Below, one piece after another: positions 52,393-62,670 of a stretch of 64,000 nt of DNA (position 1 is its first letter; each line of letters opens with the position of its first letter). The translations under genes were made by a program, and so were the position numbers. This DNA is from Nitrospirota bacterium (GTDB lineage: Bacteria > Nitrospirota > UBA9217), in the NCBI GenBank assembly GCA_963845065.1, contig CAWJQQ010000003.1, positions 255,787 through 319,786 of the forward strand. Reading direction: 5' to 3'. Under the pieces are notes generated by a model. That model did no database searches and was not told the DNA's origin. It saw only the letters and a list, made by a program, of their open reading frames with translations.

Positions 52393-53946
52393 ATGCCAGA
52401 TAAACTTAAAACTCCAACATTTATCCACGAGTTTCAACTCGTAGCAACCCCAAAAGACAATCGAATGCTTAATGTCCGACTCGAAGCTGGTCGTTATCTA
52501 TATAATGCCTGTCTTGGTGAAGCGATGAAACGTCTTGCCGCCATGCGTAGCTCTAAAAAATGGCGTTCAGCGATCAAGAAGAAAAAGAGCAGGCTACGCA
52601 CTAAAATGTTCAAGACAGCCAGAAACATAGCTGAATATACCGAATACCATCTCCATGATTATGTCGGGAGCCTCCGCAATTCGTGCTGGATCGGAGACCA
52701 TATTGACAGCCTGGCCGCCCAGAAGATAGCGACCAGGTCGTTTAATGCCGTTGCTGACTACGAGTTCGGGAAGCATGGGAAACCACGGTTCAAGCGTCGT
52801 GGCTGGATGTCTTCGCTCGAAGGCAAAAACAACAAGTCTGGTATTCGGTGGTGCGATGACCATGTTGAATGGTCTGGACTTAGCCTTACCTGTGTCTTCG
52901 ACAAAAAAGACAAGTTTGGCGTTCAGGCACATGCGCTTAGCCATGATGTTAAATATGTTCGTTTGGTGAAGAAAACCATCTGCGGTAACGCCTGCTGGTT
53001 CGCCCAACTCGTGCTTAAAGGCACGGCCAGGATCAAGCGTGAGAACCAGATTGGCACCGAAACTGTCGGCCTTGATATTGGCCCATCCACGGGTGCTATC
53101 GTTAGCGATACCGATGCGTTGCTCGTAGCATTTTGTCCGGAAGTCGAGATTCCGTACAAACAAATCCGCGTGGTTCAGCGTAAGATGGCCAGAAGCCTGA
53201 GGGCTGCCAACCCGGACAACTACAACGAAGACGGCACGACTAAGACCGGTGCCGGCAAGGGTAAAAAGCGGTGGATATTCTCTGCTCAATACCGTGCGCT
53301 TAAGGCTGAACTAGCCGAGCTACAGCGAGTTTTGGCTGAAACCAGAAAACGGGCTCATGGCACGTTAGCCAATGAAATTCTTAAGCTCGGAATCAACATA
53401 AAGACCGAGAAACTGTCGTACAGAGCATTCCAGAAACTCTATGGTAAAAGTATTTCAAGACGCGCTCCGGGGATGTTTATTTCGATGCTTCGCCGCAAAG
53501 CCGAAAACGCTGGCGGTAAAGTAACTGAATTTTCTACCCGGAGCACGAAGCTTTCAGAGACATGCCACTGCGGGGAAGTAGCCAAAAAACCGCTATCCCA
53601 ACGGTGGCATGACTGCAACTGCGGGGTAAACACTCAACGCGATCTCTACTCCGCATATCTTGCAAAATATGTTTTTGAAAATGTCCTCGACACGCGTCAA
53701 GCCGCAGCAGCTTGGCCGGGTGCAAACCTGCTCCTGGAACGGGCGGTGTTGAGGGTGCAGCTTGAAGCGGCAAATGGCCGGATTCATCCGGCCAGCTTCG
53801 GTATTAACAACATGAGAGCCAACACCACGAACCGGAGACAGAGTTGCTTGCCCGTTAAAAACGGATCAACGATAGTCGATGCCGGCAACGTCTGTATTGT
53901 TGCCGAAAAGCCTGTCGGTATTGCCGTTAGAACCCCCTGTCTTTAG
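52393..53946 (+). CDS. tnpB: TnpB RNA-guided endonuclease (IS605 OrfB type)
   Basis: RuvC-I GLDIGP, RuvC-II KTEKL, CHC/CNC, RuvC-III QRDLYSA; promoter TGGACA-N17-TATAGT at 52354-52382. Confidence 0.88.
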   Translation: MPDKLKTPTFIHEFQLVATPKDNRMLNVRLEAGRYLYNACLGEAMKRLAAMRSSKKWRSAIKKKKSRLRTKMFKTARNIAEYTEYHLHDYVGSLRNSCWIGDHIDSLAAQKIATRSFNAVADYEFGKHGKPRFKRRGWMSSLEGKNNKSGIRWCDDHVEWSGLSLTCVFDKKDKFGVQAHALSHDVKYVRLVKKTICGNACWFAQLVLKGTARIKRENQIGTETVGLDIGPSTGAIVSDTDALLVAFCPEVEIPYKQIRVVQRKMARSLRAANPDNYNEDGTTKTGAGKGKKRWIFSAQYRALKAELAELQRVLAETRKRAHGTLANEILKLGINIKTEKLSYRAFQKLYGKSISRRAPGMFISMLRRKAENAGGKVTEFSTRSTKLSETCHCGEVAKKPLSQRWHDCNCGVNTQRDLYSAYLAKYVFENVLDTRQAAAAWPGANLLLERAVLRVQLEAANGRIHPASFGINNMRANTTNRRQSCLPVKNGSTIVDAGNVCIVAEKPVGIAVRTPCL

Positions 53947-54053
53947 ACATGGGGTAGGTCAGAGAGTATCGTAACAGTATCGGCCGATTTTTTCTTGCCC
54001 GAAGAATGGAGAAACCGTATAATGGTTATTAAATTAGTAAGGAGCTGAATACT

Positions 54054-54611
54054 ATGTCTGATAATGCTGCAAAGAGTGGTAAAAAACAGATTATCTTTCT
54101 TTCCCTCCTGATACTCGTGGCTATTCTTGTGGTGATAGGTTATGTTGCTAAGAGCAGGATTGTACAGAACAAAATTATTATGAGTGGTGACCGCGCACCT
54201 GAGTTCCGGCTTCAAGCTCCGGATGGACGATTTTTCAGCCTTTCGGATTTTCGAGGAAAAGTCGTAATGGTCCATTTTTGGGCTACATGGTGTCCGCCAT
54301 GTGTCGAGGAAATGCCCTTACTTACAAAGCTCTATCCAGAACTTTCGGGCAATGACTTCGTGATGCTCGCGGTAAGCGTCGATGAAGGCCGTGCGAGTGC
54401 TGTGAGGACATTCATACAACAGAACAATGTGCAGGTACCGGTGCTCCTCAATCCCGATCGGTCTGTTGCACATCTATATGGTACATATAAATTCCCTGAA
54501 ACGTATATTATCGATCGCCACGGTGTTGTGCGGTACAAGGCGATTGGCCCGCGTAACTGGATGGACCCTGAAAATGTGCAAATGCTTAAGAGCATTATTG
54601 CAATGAAATAA
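54054..54611 (+). CDS. TlpA/ResA-like thiol-disulfide oxidoreductase
   Basis: N-terminal TM helix; FWATWCPPCVEEMP; FPETY. Confidence 0.92.
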   Translation: MSDNAAKSGKKQIIFLSLLILVAILVVIGYVAKSRIVQNKIIMSGDRAPEFRLQAPDGRFFSLSDFRGKVVMVHFWATWCPPCVEEMPLLTKLYPELSGNDFVMLAVSVDEGRASAVRTFIQQNNVQVPVLLNPDRSVAHLYGTYKFPETYIIDRHGVVRYKAIGPRNWMDPENVQMLKSIIAMK

Positions 54612-54843
54612 TTATCAGCACTAAAACGAAGGTTAGTTACCGGTTAACTTAATGTGACTGTCGGAAAACCATCCTACTATCCATTATTATTAAAAAAATA
54701 ATTTATTTATCATTGGGCTCGTCGTAAGAATAATAAAAGATTCAGATTGGAAATGAGCTGAAAAAAAAGACCAATGGCACGTCTATAGAAGGGATAGTGA
54801 TCATCATGTACACCAGCGTGGAAAAAATAAATAGCATCCTGTC

Positions 54844-56010
54844 ATGAAAAAGATTCTTTTCACAGGACTTGCTGTCTTCCTTACCTTTGTCCTTATCATA
54901 GGTTGCTACATCATAAAAGTCCTTGCCCATCTGCCTGATATTGCAGTACTCAAGCATTATCGGCCGGCAGCTGCGGCCGAAGTGCTGGATAAGGACGGAA
55001 ATACTTTGACTCAGTATTACGATCGCAAATTCAGGATATGGGTTCCCATAAAAGACATTCCTGACATAGTCATCAAGGCCGTCGTTACTGCCGAAGACGA
55101 CACCTTTTTCGAGCACCACGGGGTGAACTACAAAGCCACATGGGATGCTTTGGTCCTCGATATGCAGAAACACAGATTCGCTCGCGGCGGTAGCACGATC
55201 ACGCAACAAATGATAAAAAACGTGTTACTGTCCAAGGAAAAAACGATCAGTCGTAAGATACGGGAATATGTACTGGCAGCGAGAGCCGAGGAAATACTGA
55301 CCAAACGGCAAATCTTGGAAATCTATCTGAATGAGGTCGAGTGGGGGGAAAACATCTATGGCATTGAAGCGGCCAGCCGATATTATTTGGATAAACATGC
55401 TACAGAATTGACGATAGGTGAGGCTGCGCTACTGGCCGGCATGCTGCCGAATCCCCGATACTACAACCCTGCAAAAAGGCCAGAAAGAGCCAGGATTCGT
55501 CAGAAGAGAGTCCTTTTCAATTTATATCAGGCGAAACTAATTTCACAGGACGATTACGCAGCGGCCCTGGCCGCGCCGTTACAGCTCCGGCAAGAAGCGA
55601 CGGGCAGATTTGGTTTCACTGCACTGACGTCCACGAACGAAAGACCATGCTATCAGCGTGCACTGGAGCAGATGCTCGAAACCATGTACAGCGAACAGGC
55701 GTTGTATAGAGGCGGATTAACAATCAGGACTACCATCGATAAGAAGCTCCAAGATGAACTGAGTAACCAAGAGAAATCTTCTGATAGCACACCGTCTAAC
55801 GTCCCGGATCTTGTTACGCTTATTGAGCAGAAAGGTACGATACGGGCAATTATCTGTACCGAAGTAAATGAAGCAGAACTTAGCGCGAAATTGGCTTCGG
55901 AGTTCACTGGTACCGGAAATTATACGGTGATCACTCTTTCACCGGAATCAGTGACTCGCGAACAGATCCTTCTCCCGTCATCCCAGAATGGATCGCCCTC
56001 ATCTCCCTAG
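54844..56010 (+). CDS. Peptidoglycan transglycosylase-domain protein (GT51) without a complete transpeptidase domain
   Basis: EDDTFFEHHGV, GGSTITQQMIKN, RKIRE, KRQILEIYLN. Confidence 0.88.
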   Translation: MKKILFTGLAVFLTFVLIIGCYIIKVLAHLPDIAVLKHYRPAAAAEVLDKDGNTLTQYYDRKFRIWVPIKDIPDIVIKAVVTAEDDTFFEHHGVNYKATWDALVLDMQKHRFARGGSTITQQMIKNVLLSKEKTISRKIREYVLAARAEEILTKRQILEIYLNEVEWGENIYGIEAASRYYLDKHATELTIGEAALLAGMLPNPRYYNPAKRPERARIRQKRVLFNLYQAKLISQDDYAAALAAPLQLRQEATGRFGFTALTSTNERPCYQRALEQMLETMYSEQALYRGGLTIRTTIDKKLQDELSNQEKSSDSTPSNVPDLVTLIEQKGTIRAIICTEVNEAELSAKLASEFTGTGNYTVITLSPESVTREQILLPSSQNGSPSSP

Positions 56011-56853
56011 AATTTCGATATTGGGTCGCAAAATAAACTGGAAGATATTTTCTTGACCTGTGGCCAGTACCTCAGTATACATCATCTTAGATTTCCATAC
56101 AAAACCGACGATAAGCGAATAAGCTATCTGAATGTGCTTAACTGGCCACTTCTTCTCCACAAAAAATAATGTCGGAGTTCATCGAAGTTAGGGAGGGGGT
56201 TATTTCGTAGGAATATTCAAAGCTGCTGTTATTAAACATGGAAGTATCTTCCGGTTGATAGTCTACTCTGCTTCTTCTGATGGATAATAGATGACGTCAG
56301 AAATGTTCGGATTCCCGTGGACTTGACTTCGATCCAAAACTCCAGCTTAGTTTCTTGACCGACGACTTTCGGTCCCCTTTCATTTTCACTCAAACTCTCG
56401 CCACTGGTCTTGAACAAGAATGTCGTCTTTGATGTGGTAGTTTCCCGTGCTGAAAGAGTAACCCAATATATCCTAATCCCTTTGTATTGATGTTTCCAGA
56501 TAAATAAAAGTTTGCGACGTTTCTGGCAAAAAAGGAGACGGCATAGGGTTCTTCGAACCCAGCGGTGGCCGTCTTGACCCTAGCTGCCGGATATCTGTGC
56601 ATCTTCATAGAAGTGTTCATGGATGTTCCCTGAGGTAGGTTCCTAGATAAGGCATGGGATGACGCTTGCTTCGAGTACAAGAAATTTGGGTAGCGAGGCT
56701 GCTCTCGAGAGTAAAGTGCCGCATATTTCCGAGTCAGTCAATTCTCCATGCTGCAGGATCGGGGATTGGTAAGACCGATGATCAGATCAAGATCCGTATA
56801 GTAGGCATCAAGTTCGAAAACGAGTTCAAAACATTTAACTTTTTGTATGTATT

Positions 56854-59800
56854 CTAAGCCATTACCGCCTCAGTCTCCCTGAGTTTTGCCGAAAGCACTC
56901 GGGAACAGCCGGGCTCCTCCATTGTTATTCCGTAAAGCGCGTCAGCCATTTCCATGGTCCGTTTGTTGTGAGTAATCGTAATAAACTGAGATCGGTTACT
57001 CATTTCGCGGATAAGGCGTGTAAAACGTGTTACATTTGCCTCATCGAGCGGGGCATCAACTTCGTCAAGCATACAGAAGGGGCTTGGCTTGACCAAAAAG
57101 GCTGCGAACAAAAGGGCGATGGCAGTGAGCGCCCTTTCGCCGCCCGAAAGGAGCGTGATGGTTTGAAACTTTTTTCCTCGCGGCTGGGCAATGATTTCAA
57201 TTCCAGATTCAAGTATGTTTTCCGGTTCCAGCAGGACGAGTTCTGCCCTGCCACCTTCAAAGAGCAGGGAGAAAACCTCTTTGAATTTCTCCTGGATGGA
57301 ATGGAATGCTTCAGTAAAGAGTTCGATGGTCTCTCCATCCAGTTTGGCGATGGTCGCCTTTAGATTATTGATGGAATCAATAATATCGGTCTGCTGGGCA
57401 GAAAGGAGATCATACCGTTCTTTGAGTTCATTATACTCCTGGAGGGCATCTACATTAATCGGCCCCATCTGTTCGATCTTCTGGCGATACTCATCTAGTT
57501 GAAGCCTGGCTTCATCAAGATTAATTTCGAACTGGCCTAGTTCAGTCACTACAGACTCGAGTTCAGAGTGATAAGTGCTCCAGATCCTGTCTTTCAGATG
57601 CTCGATCTTCATGCGGAGTTCGGTCCGCTTCACTTCATTGGCGGAAAGTCGTTTTTGCGCGGTCTCAATGTCGTGTCTGATTTGTCTCGCCTGCTCCTCG
57701 GAAGTCTGGAGGGCCTGGTTTTTTACGGAATGAGCTTCCAGCAACGAAACTAGGATCTTCCGTTTAGATTCAAGAATATCGATATGACCCTTAATCTCGG
57801 CTTCAGCCTCAGTAATAAGCGAATCAAGTTCGCCCAGTTTCTCTGCAATGGCTGCAATTTCTATTTCGCGTTTGGCGATGCGGTCAGCAAGATCCGCCTC
57901 CGTCTGCACAAGAGAATCGAGTCCCCTTGATGCGGCGGCCTGTTTTTCCTGGAGTGCTGCGATCTCCATCTTGATCTCAGTTATTTCTGCAAACGCCATT
58001 TCGCGGGTCTCTTTTTGGGCAGAGAGTTCGGTCTGGAGCGACTCGATGTCTGCCTGTGCACTTGAGTGACCGGCTTCGAGTTGACGAAGGACCTCGGATG
58101 AAACATCAAGTTGGGCATTCATATCCAACCTGAGCACGGAGCGCTCAGATACATCTTTATCGAGAGTTCTTATGTGGTCCTCTGTGCGGCCGATCTCCTC
58201 ACGGACACGAAGACGATCTTTCTCCCTGTTCACGAATTCAAGATCCGCGCTGTGGATCTGCTCGGAGAGATCTGACTCTATCTTCCGATCCGACTCTATC
58301 GCAGCATCGATGGTCAAGAGTTCTTCTTCGAGCTTTGCCGCGCTGACCGTCATCGCCGCGATCTCATGCTCTAGGTCTTTGATCTCGCGCCGCTTCGTGA
58401 GCATACCAGTACCGACCGCTTCGATGGTACCTCCGGTGACTGCACCCCAAGGATCCAGGATTTCTCCTGTGAGGGTGACAATGGTCTTATGCATGCCATT
58501 CTTCTGCCAGAGGTAGAGCGCTGTGTCCATGGTATCGACAACGACCACGTCGCCGAGCAGGTACTGGGCAACGCTGCCGTAGCTTTCATTATATCGAACT
58601 ATATTTAGGGCTGAACCGATGACGCCAGCATGGCCGTTTTTGACAAAAGGCTCGGTTTTGATCTCACGTGGCGTTTTCGGGATAAAAGTGCTTCTTCCAC
58701 CGCTCCTTGCTTTCAGGTAATCGATTGCCTTGAGTGAATCGTGTTGAGAATCGACGACAACGTACTGAAGCCTGTCGCCCAGCACCGCCTCTATTGCCAC
58801 CTCGTATTGTGGTTCGGTCTCAATCATGTCCGCCACGAGCCCATAGATCGTGCCAAGTCGTTCGTTTGAAGAGGTCTCTTTTTTTGCGGACATAACGGTA
58901 CGTACGCCCTTCTGATAACCTTCCAAACTTTGTTCCAGCTCGACCAGTGAGCGGAGACGCGATTTCTGCGCTGCGAGTTTGTTTTTTGTTTCGTTTAATC
59001 TCGTCTCGACTGATTTTTCCCTTATCAGGGTTTGTTCCAGCCGCTCTCCGACCTGTGCACGCTCTTCTTGGACATATGATTTTTTAGCCAGGATTTCCTC
59101 GACATCACGCACCTTGTCAACAAGCTGGGTTGATAGCTCTCTAAACTTCTGAGTCAGTTCCCGTTTATCTTTTAATGCCCGTGTATCCTGCTCATCTATC
59201 TGGGAAATTCTTGTCTGCAAGTTCGATATCCTGGTTTTTTCGTTCGCCAAAGCCGTCATGGCGTTCAGGATTCCGGCTCTTGTTTCGTCAAGCGCGATTT
59301 CCTTGTCTCGAACCGCGCGGGAATGCGCGTCGAGATTCTCCGTCCGATCGGCGAGCATGGCATTCCTTTCGTCGATCGAAACTGCGAGCCCACGAGTCTC
59401 TTCCTCGTGTTGCGTCTTCCGCATTGCCACCCGGACCGTTTCCTGTTTCAGAAAGTTCCGGTCAGCGACATCGCGGTTCCGCTGTTCGGTTAGTGAAACA
59501 ATTTGGCTCTTCGACATTTCGACGCGATGTTCTGCTCGGCTGAGCGCCGTCTCGATTTCATGGATCTTATGCTGACGTGCGGAAAGCTCTTGTTCTGCCG
59601 CTAGGGCATCTGCCCGGGACTCTTCGATAGCTGACTCGATCCTGCCAAGCGCTGCATGCAGTTCAGTGATCTCGTCTTCAGCTCTCTTGAATTCCTCGGT
59701 CGCGGTTTTCCACTCGCCCCCAAGGGTGGAGTACTCTACAGAAGCGAGTCGGTAGTCCAAGTCCTTCATCTCGTTGCGGATCTTCTGGTATCGCTCCGCC

Positions 59801-60441
59801 TTTCGCGCCTGGCGATCGAGAGAGTTAAGTTGACGCTTTACTTCCGTGATAATATCATTCACCCGCAGTTGGTTCTGCTGGGTAGATTCGAGTTTTGAAA
59901 GTGCCTCTTGGCGGCGCGCCTTATACTTCATTACGCCTGCAACCTCTTCGAACAAAAAGCGGCGGTCCTGAGGTTTGGTTGACAGGATGTGGTCAACTTT
60001 CTCCTGCTCGATAATGGCGTGGACTCGAGCTCCGACGCCGGCATCCATCATGAGGTCTCGGATGTCCTTGAGACGGCATGGTATCTTATTTATATGGTAT
60101 TCACTCTCCCCGGATCTGTAAAGTCTTCGGGTAATCTCGATTTCTTCATACTGCCCAAATTCCGATGAGATATTCCCGCCGATGTTCGAAAGCCGTAGGG
60201 TCACTTCGGCCATGCCAAGAGGCTTGCGGTTTTCGCTACCGTTGAAGATAACATCTTCCATCTTGTCGCCTCGAAGTTGCTTTGCACTTTGCTCACCAAG
60301 GACCCAGCGAATAGCGTCTGAAATGTTACTCTTACCGCAGCCGTTTGGGCCTACCACTGCAGTTACACCGGGCTGAAAGGTAATAATCGTCTTGTCTGAG
60401 AATGATTTAAAACCGATCATCTCAAGGGTCTTAAGCTGCAT
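56854..60441 (-). CDS. smc: Chromosome segregation protein SMC
   Basis: Walker A GPNGCGKSN, coiled coils, hinge, LSGGE, LDEVDAPLD. Confidence 0.97.
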   Translation of the reverse strand: MQLKTLEMIGFKSFSDKTIITFQPGVTAVVGPNGCGKSNISDAIRWVLGEQSAKQLRGDKMEDVIFNGSENRKPLGMAEVTLRLSNIGGNISSEFGQYEEIEITRRLYRSGESEYHINKIPCRLKDIRDLMMDAGVGARVHAIIEQEKVDHILSTKPQDRRFLFEEVAGVMKYKARRQEALSKLESTQQNQLRVNDIITEVKRQLNSLDRQARKAERYQKIRNEMKDLDYRLASVEYSTLGGEWKTATEEFKRAEDEITELHAALGRIESAIEESRADALAAEQELSARQHKIHEIETALSRAEHRVEMSKSQIVSLTEQRNRDVADRNFLKQETVRVAMRKTQHEEETRGLAVSIDERNAMLADRTENLDAHSRAVRDKEIALDETRAGILNAMTALANEKTRISNLQTRISQIDEQDTRALKDKRELTQKFRELSTQLVDKVRDVEEILAKKSYVQEERAQVGERLEQTLIREKSVETRLNETKNKLAAQKSRLRSLVELEQSLEGYQKGVRTVMSAKKETSSNERLGTIYGLVADMIETEPQYEVAIEAVLGDRLQYVVVDSQHDSLKAIDYLKARSGGRSTFIPKTPREIKTEPFVKNGHAGVIGSALNIVRYNESYGSVAQYLLGDVVVVDTMDTALYLWQKNGMHKTIVTLTGEILDPWGAVTGGTIEAVGTGMLTKRREIKDLEHEIAAMTVSAAKLEEELLTIDAAIESDRKIESDLSEQIHSADLEFVNREKDRLRVREEIGRTEDHIRTLDKDVSERSVLRLDMNAQLDVSSEVLRQLEAGHSSAQADIESLQTELSAQKETREMAFAEITEIKMEIAALQEKQAAASRGLDSLVQTEADLADRIAKREIEIAAIAEKLGELDSLITEAEAEIKGHIDILESKRKILVSLLEAHSVKNQALQTSEEQARQIRHDIETAQKRLSANEVKRTELRMKIEHLKDRIWSTYHSELESVVTELGQFEINLDEARLQLDEYRQKIEQMGPINVDALQEYNELKERYDLLSAQQTDIIDSINNLKATIAKLDGETIELFTEAFHSIQEKFKEVFSLLFEGGRAELVLLEPENILESGIEIIAQPRGKKFQTITLLSGGERALTAIALLFAAFLVKPSPFCMLDEVDAPLDEANVTRFTRLIREMSNRSQFITITHNKRTMEMADALYGITMEEPGCSRVLSAKLRETEAVMA

Positions 60442-60931
60442 AAGCCTCCCAAAGAAAATGAATAAGTGTGATAGTTTAAAAAAAGCTGAGATTTATATTT
60501 AACTTACTGGATGGATAAAGAAACGAATTAACATTAATGTGAGGTTTATATCATAAGCTGGATCATTTGTAAAGAGAAAAATAACAAGGTAAGGTATTGT
60601 TTATTTTTATATATACAATATGTTGTGTTTGCAGGGACAGTATACTTATTACGCTGCAAGGTGCTTAAAAGTTGTTTTTATAGATGTTTAAAGTGCCAGA
60701 ATATTGACGGCGATTACAAGAACAAACATTAAGGAAAGACATATTGGTGTTCATCCCAAAACGGAAATATGGCGACCGAATGTCTGGGCTGAAAAAATTT
60801 TAAAAACCGGACATGCTTCCAACGTTATAACCGCACCGATGAACAGTATGGTCAAAATCATATAATGTTAGGGATTTTCCAAGAGCGCTACACTTGCTTT
60901 ATCTCAATGCGCCGTAAGACCCCGGCCGTGA

Positions 60932-62570
60932 CAGGCTGTCCGACAATTCATTGTTCTATGGGGATATCTTCAGAACAAAACTAATAAGCTAACTGAAATG
61001 GCGTGGAGCCGGATCTGACGAGGTGTTTTATCCCCATCTCCTTCTTTCTTCCGAAGACATAACCAGATTCTCTTCAGATTCCTTGCTGCACAGGCCAGAT
61101 TGAACTCCGTCTTTGCCCCCTGTATACCTCTGGCTAAGAATGCCCGCAGTCCTTGATTCTCCTTGATGTCTCCGATGACCGGTTCCACGATTTGCTGTCG
61201 TAGCTTATATACCCCTTTTGCTTGCGGCGTCTTCATCTTCGCCACCATGGAGTTTCTCCCTGTCTCCCATGGATACATCTTGAGATATCGTATCCCATCT
61301 TTCCGCTTCGTACATTTGCTCTGGCTCTGGCAAGTAGGGCATGCATTACCTTTATATATCTTGTTCTTCAGCTTGTCAAAATGTGCTCCCAGAAAGGGTA
61401 GCGGCTTGTTTCCCGGGCATCAATCAATATTCATCCCTGATCGCGTCGTATTCAAAATGCTCCTTGTCAAAGGGTGCTACTCCTTTCTTTTCATTGTTAT
61501 CCGGTATGTAGCCATCGATCTTCCTGTCTGCCAGAAACCTGATATTAGCGCCTTCAAAGTAGGCCGCATCAAAACTCCAGGCAACACCTTCAGGCAGCCG
61601 TCCCACGTTCTCTTCTGTCTGGAGAACCTGAGGTTGCAGCTGCCCCGTATCGACGGGGCTCTGCGTCACGTCATTCGCTAGGATGAACCCTGCTTTGTCT
61701 ACCGTGATCTGAGGACTATAGGATAGCTCGATCCGACTTTTCTTGTTCTTCATAAAGCGGCTTTCCGGGTCAGTGATGCTGACCTTCTTTAGCTTCTGGT
61801 CGTCTGCTTCCCTCTTGGCATTTTCAAGACGATTTTGCACTTCTTCTTTAAAAGACGGCCCTTTCTCACGGACCTTCTTGATGTAATATTGTGCCGCTTT
61901 CCGAATGGTCTTCTTGCTCTGTTGCGGCAACTGATCGCTTCCCCGCAAGTCGCCGAACTCGCTGTCTTCCCGGCTATCCTGTCTTGACCATTCCTCAAGC
62001 TCGTCGTCGACAAATTTCAGCAAAACTCTTAGTTCATCCTTATTCATCACTCTCTGGTTCGATGCATTGGCTTTTACCTTGCTCCCGTCCGTCGAAAGAT
62101 GAGACAGGTCGAGAAGGCCTTCTTGCCTCGCAAAGCTTACTGTGTGCTTAAACACTTCCTTTACGAGAGCTGGGTTGTCCTTTCGAAAGTCGCTAATCGT
62201 CCTGAAATCAGGAGTTAGCTTCTCGGATAAATACAGGTACACCACGTTTTCGCGGGCATTCCGGGCAAGACGGCGTGAAGACCGCACTCTGTCCAGGACT
62301 CCCATGACCAAGAGCTTTAGCAGGATACTTGAATGATAGGCAGGATGTCCTGCGCCGGAGTATTTGATGTCGAATACCCGGTAATCAAGATTATCCACAA
62401 TGCTTTCTACCAAAAAGCAGATATGGTCCTCAGGAATCAACTCCTCTATGCTCGGTGGTAATAACCACGCTTGGTCTTTGTGCGAGGGGATGTATGTCAT
62501 CTCCCGCTCTCCTTGTCCGATTTATTTCATCCTATTCTACCATATCAAATAGGAATTGTCGGACAGCCTG
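60932..62570 (-). mobile_element. IS1182-family element, full length (1639 bp)
   Basis: Perfect 18-bp TIR CAGGCTGTCCGACAATTC; 4-bp duplication GTGA at 60928-60931 and 62571-62574. Confidence 0.93.
60970..62500 (-). pseudogene. IS1182-family transposase, frameshifted
   Basis: LLPPSIEELIPEDH, GHPAY, PDFRTISDFRK, STDGSK, DAAY, RQQIVEPVIG; 4-bp insertion near 61421-61427 and 2-bp deletion near 61003 relative to the first copy. Confidence 0.9.
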
Positions 62571-62634
62571 GTGAGGACGGGGATATAAGGCGCTGGTTGT
62601 GAAGAAAACAAAGAATCGCTATTTTCACGATACA

Positions 62635-62663
62635 TTGACAATTGTTCACCTTCCTGATATAAT
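62635..62663 (+). promoter_or_regulatory. Perfect-consensus sigma70 promoter of tnpB
   Basis: TTGACA-N17-TATAAT, with ATG at 62671. Confidence 0.8.
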
Positions 62664-62670
62664 TACTACC

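Larger units (their letters stand above)
51993..53962 (+). mobile_element. Mosaic IS200/IS605 element (tnpA fragment, second left end, tnpB)
   Basis: Follows CATGAC; hairpins at 52015-52036, 52299-52320 and 53933-53954; ends TCAG. Confidence 0.85.

Noticed and set aside
56232..56857. Short ORFs downstream of smc
   Set aside because: No recognisable family; may be a decayed gene but cannot be supported
13852..61681. Many antisense or overlapping ORFs in the track (e.g. 13852-14496, 15488-16132, 20676-21404, 26890-27597)
   Set aside because: Shadow frames of well-supported genes on the other strand or frame
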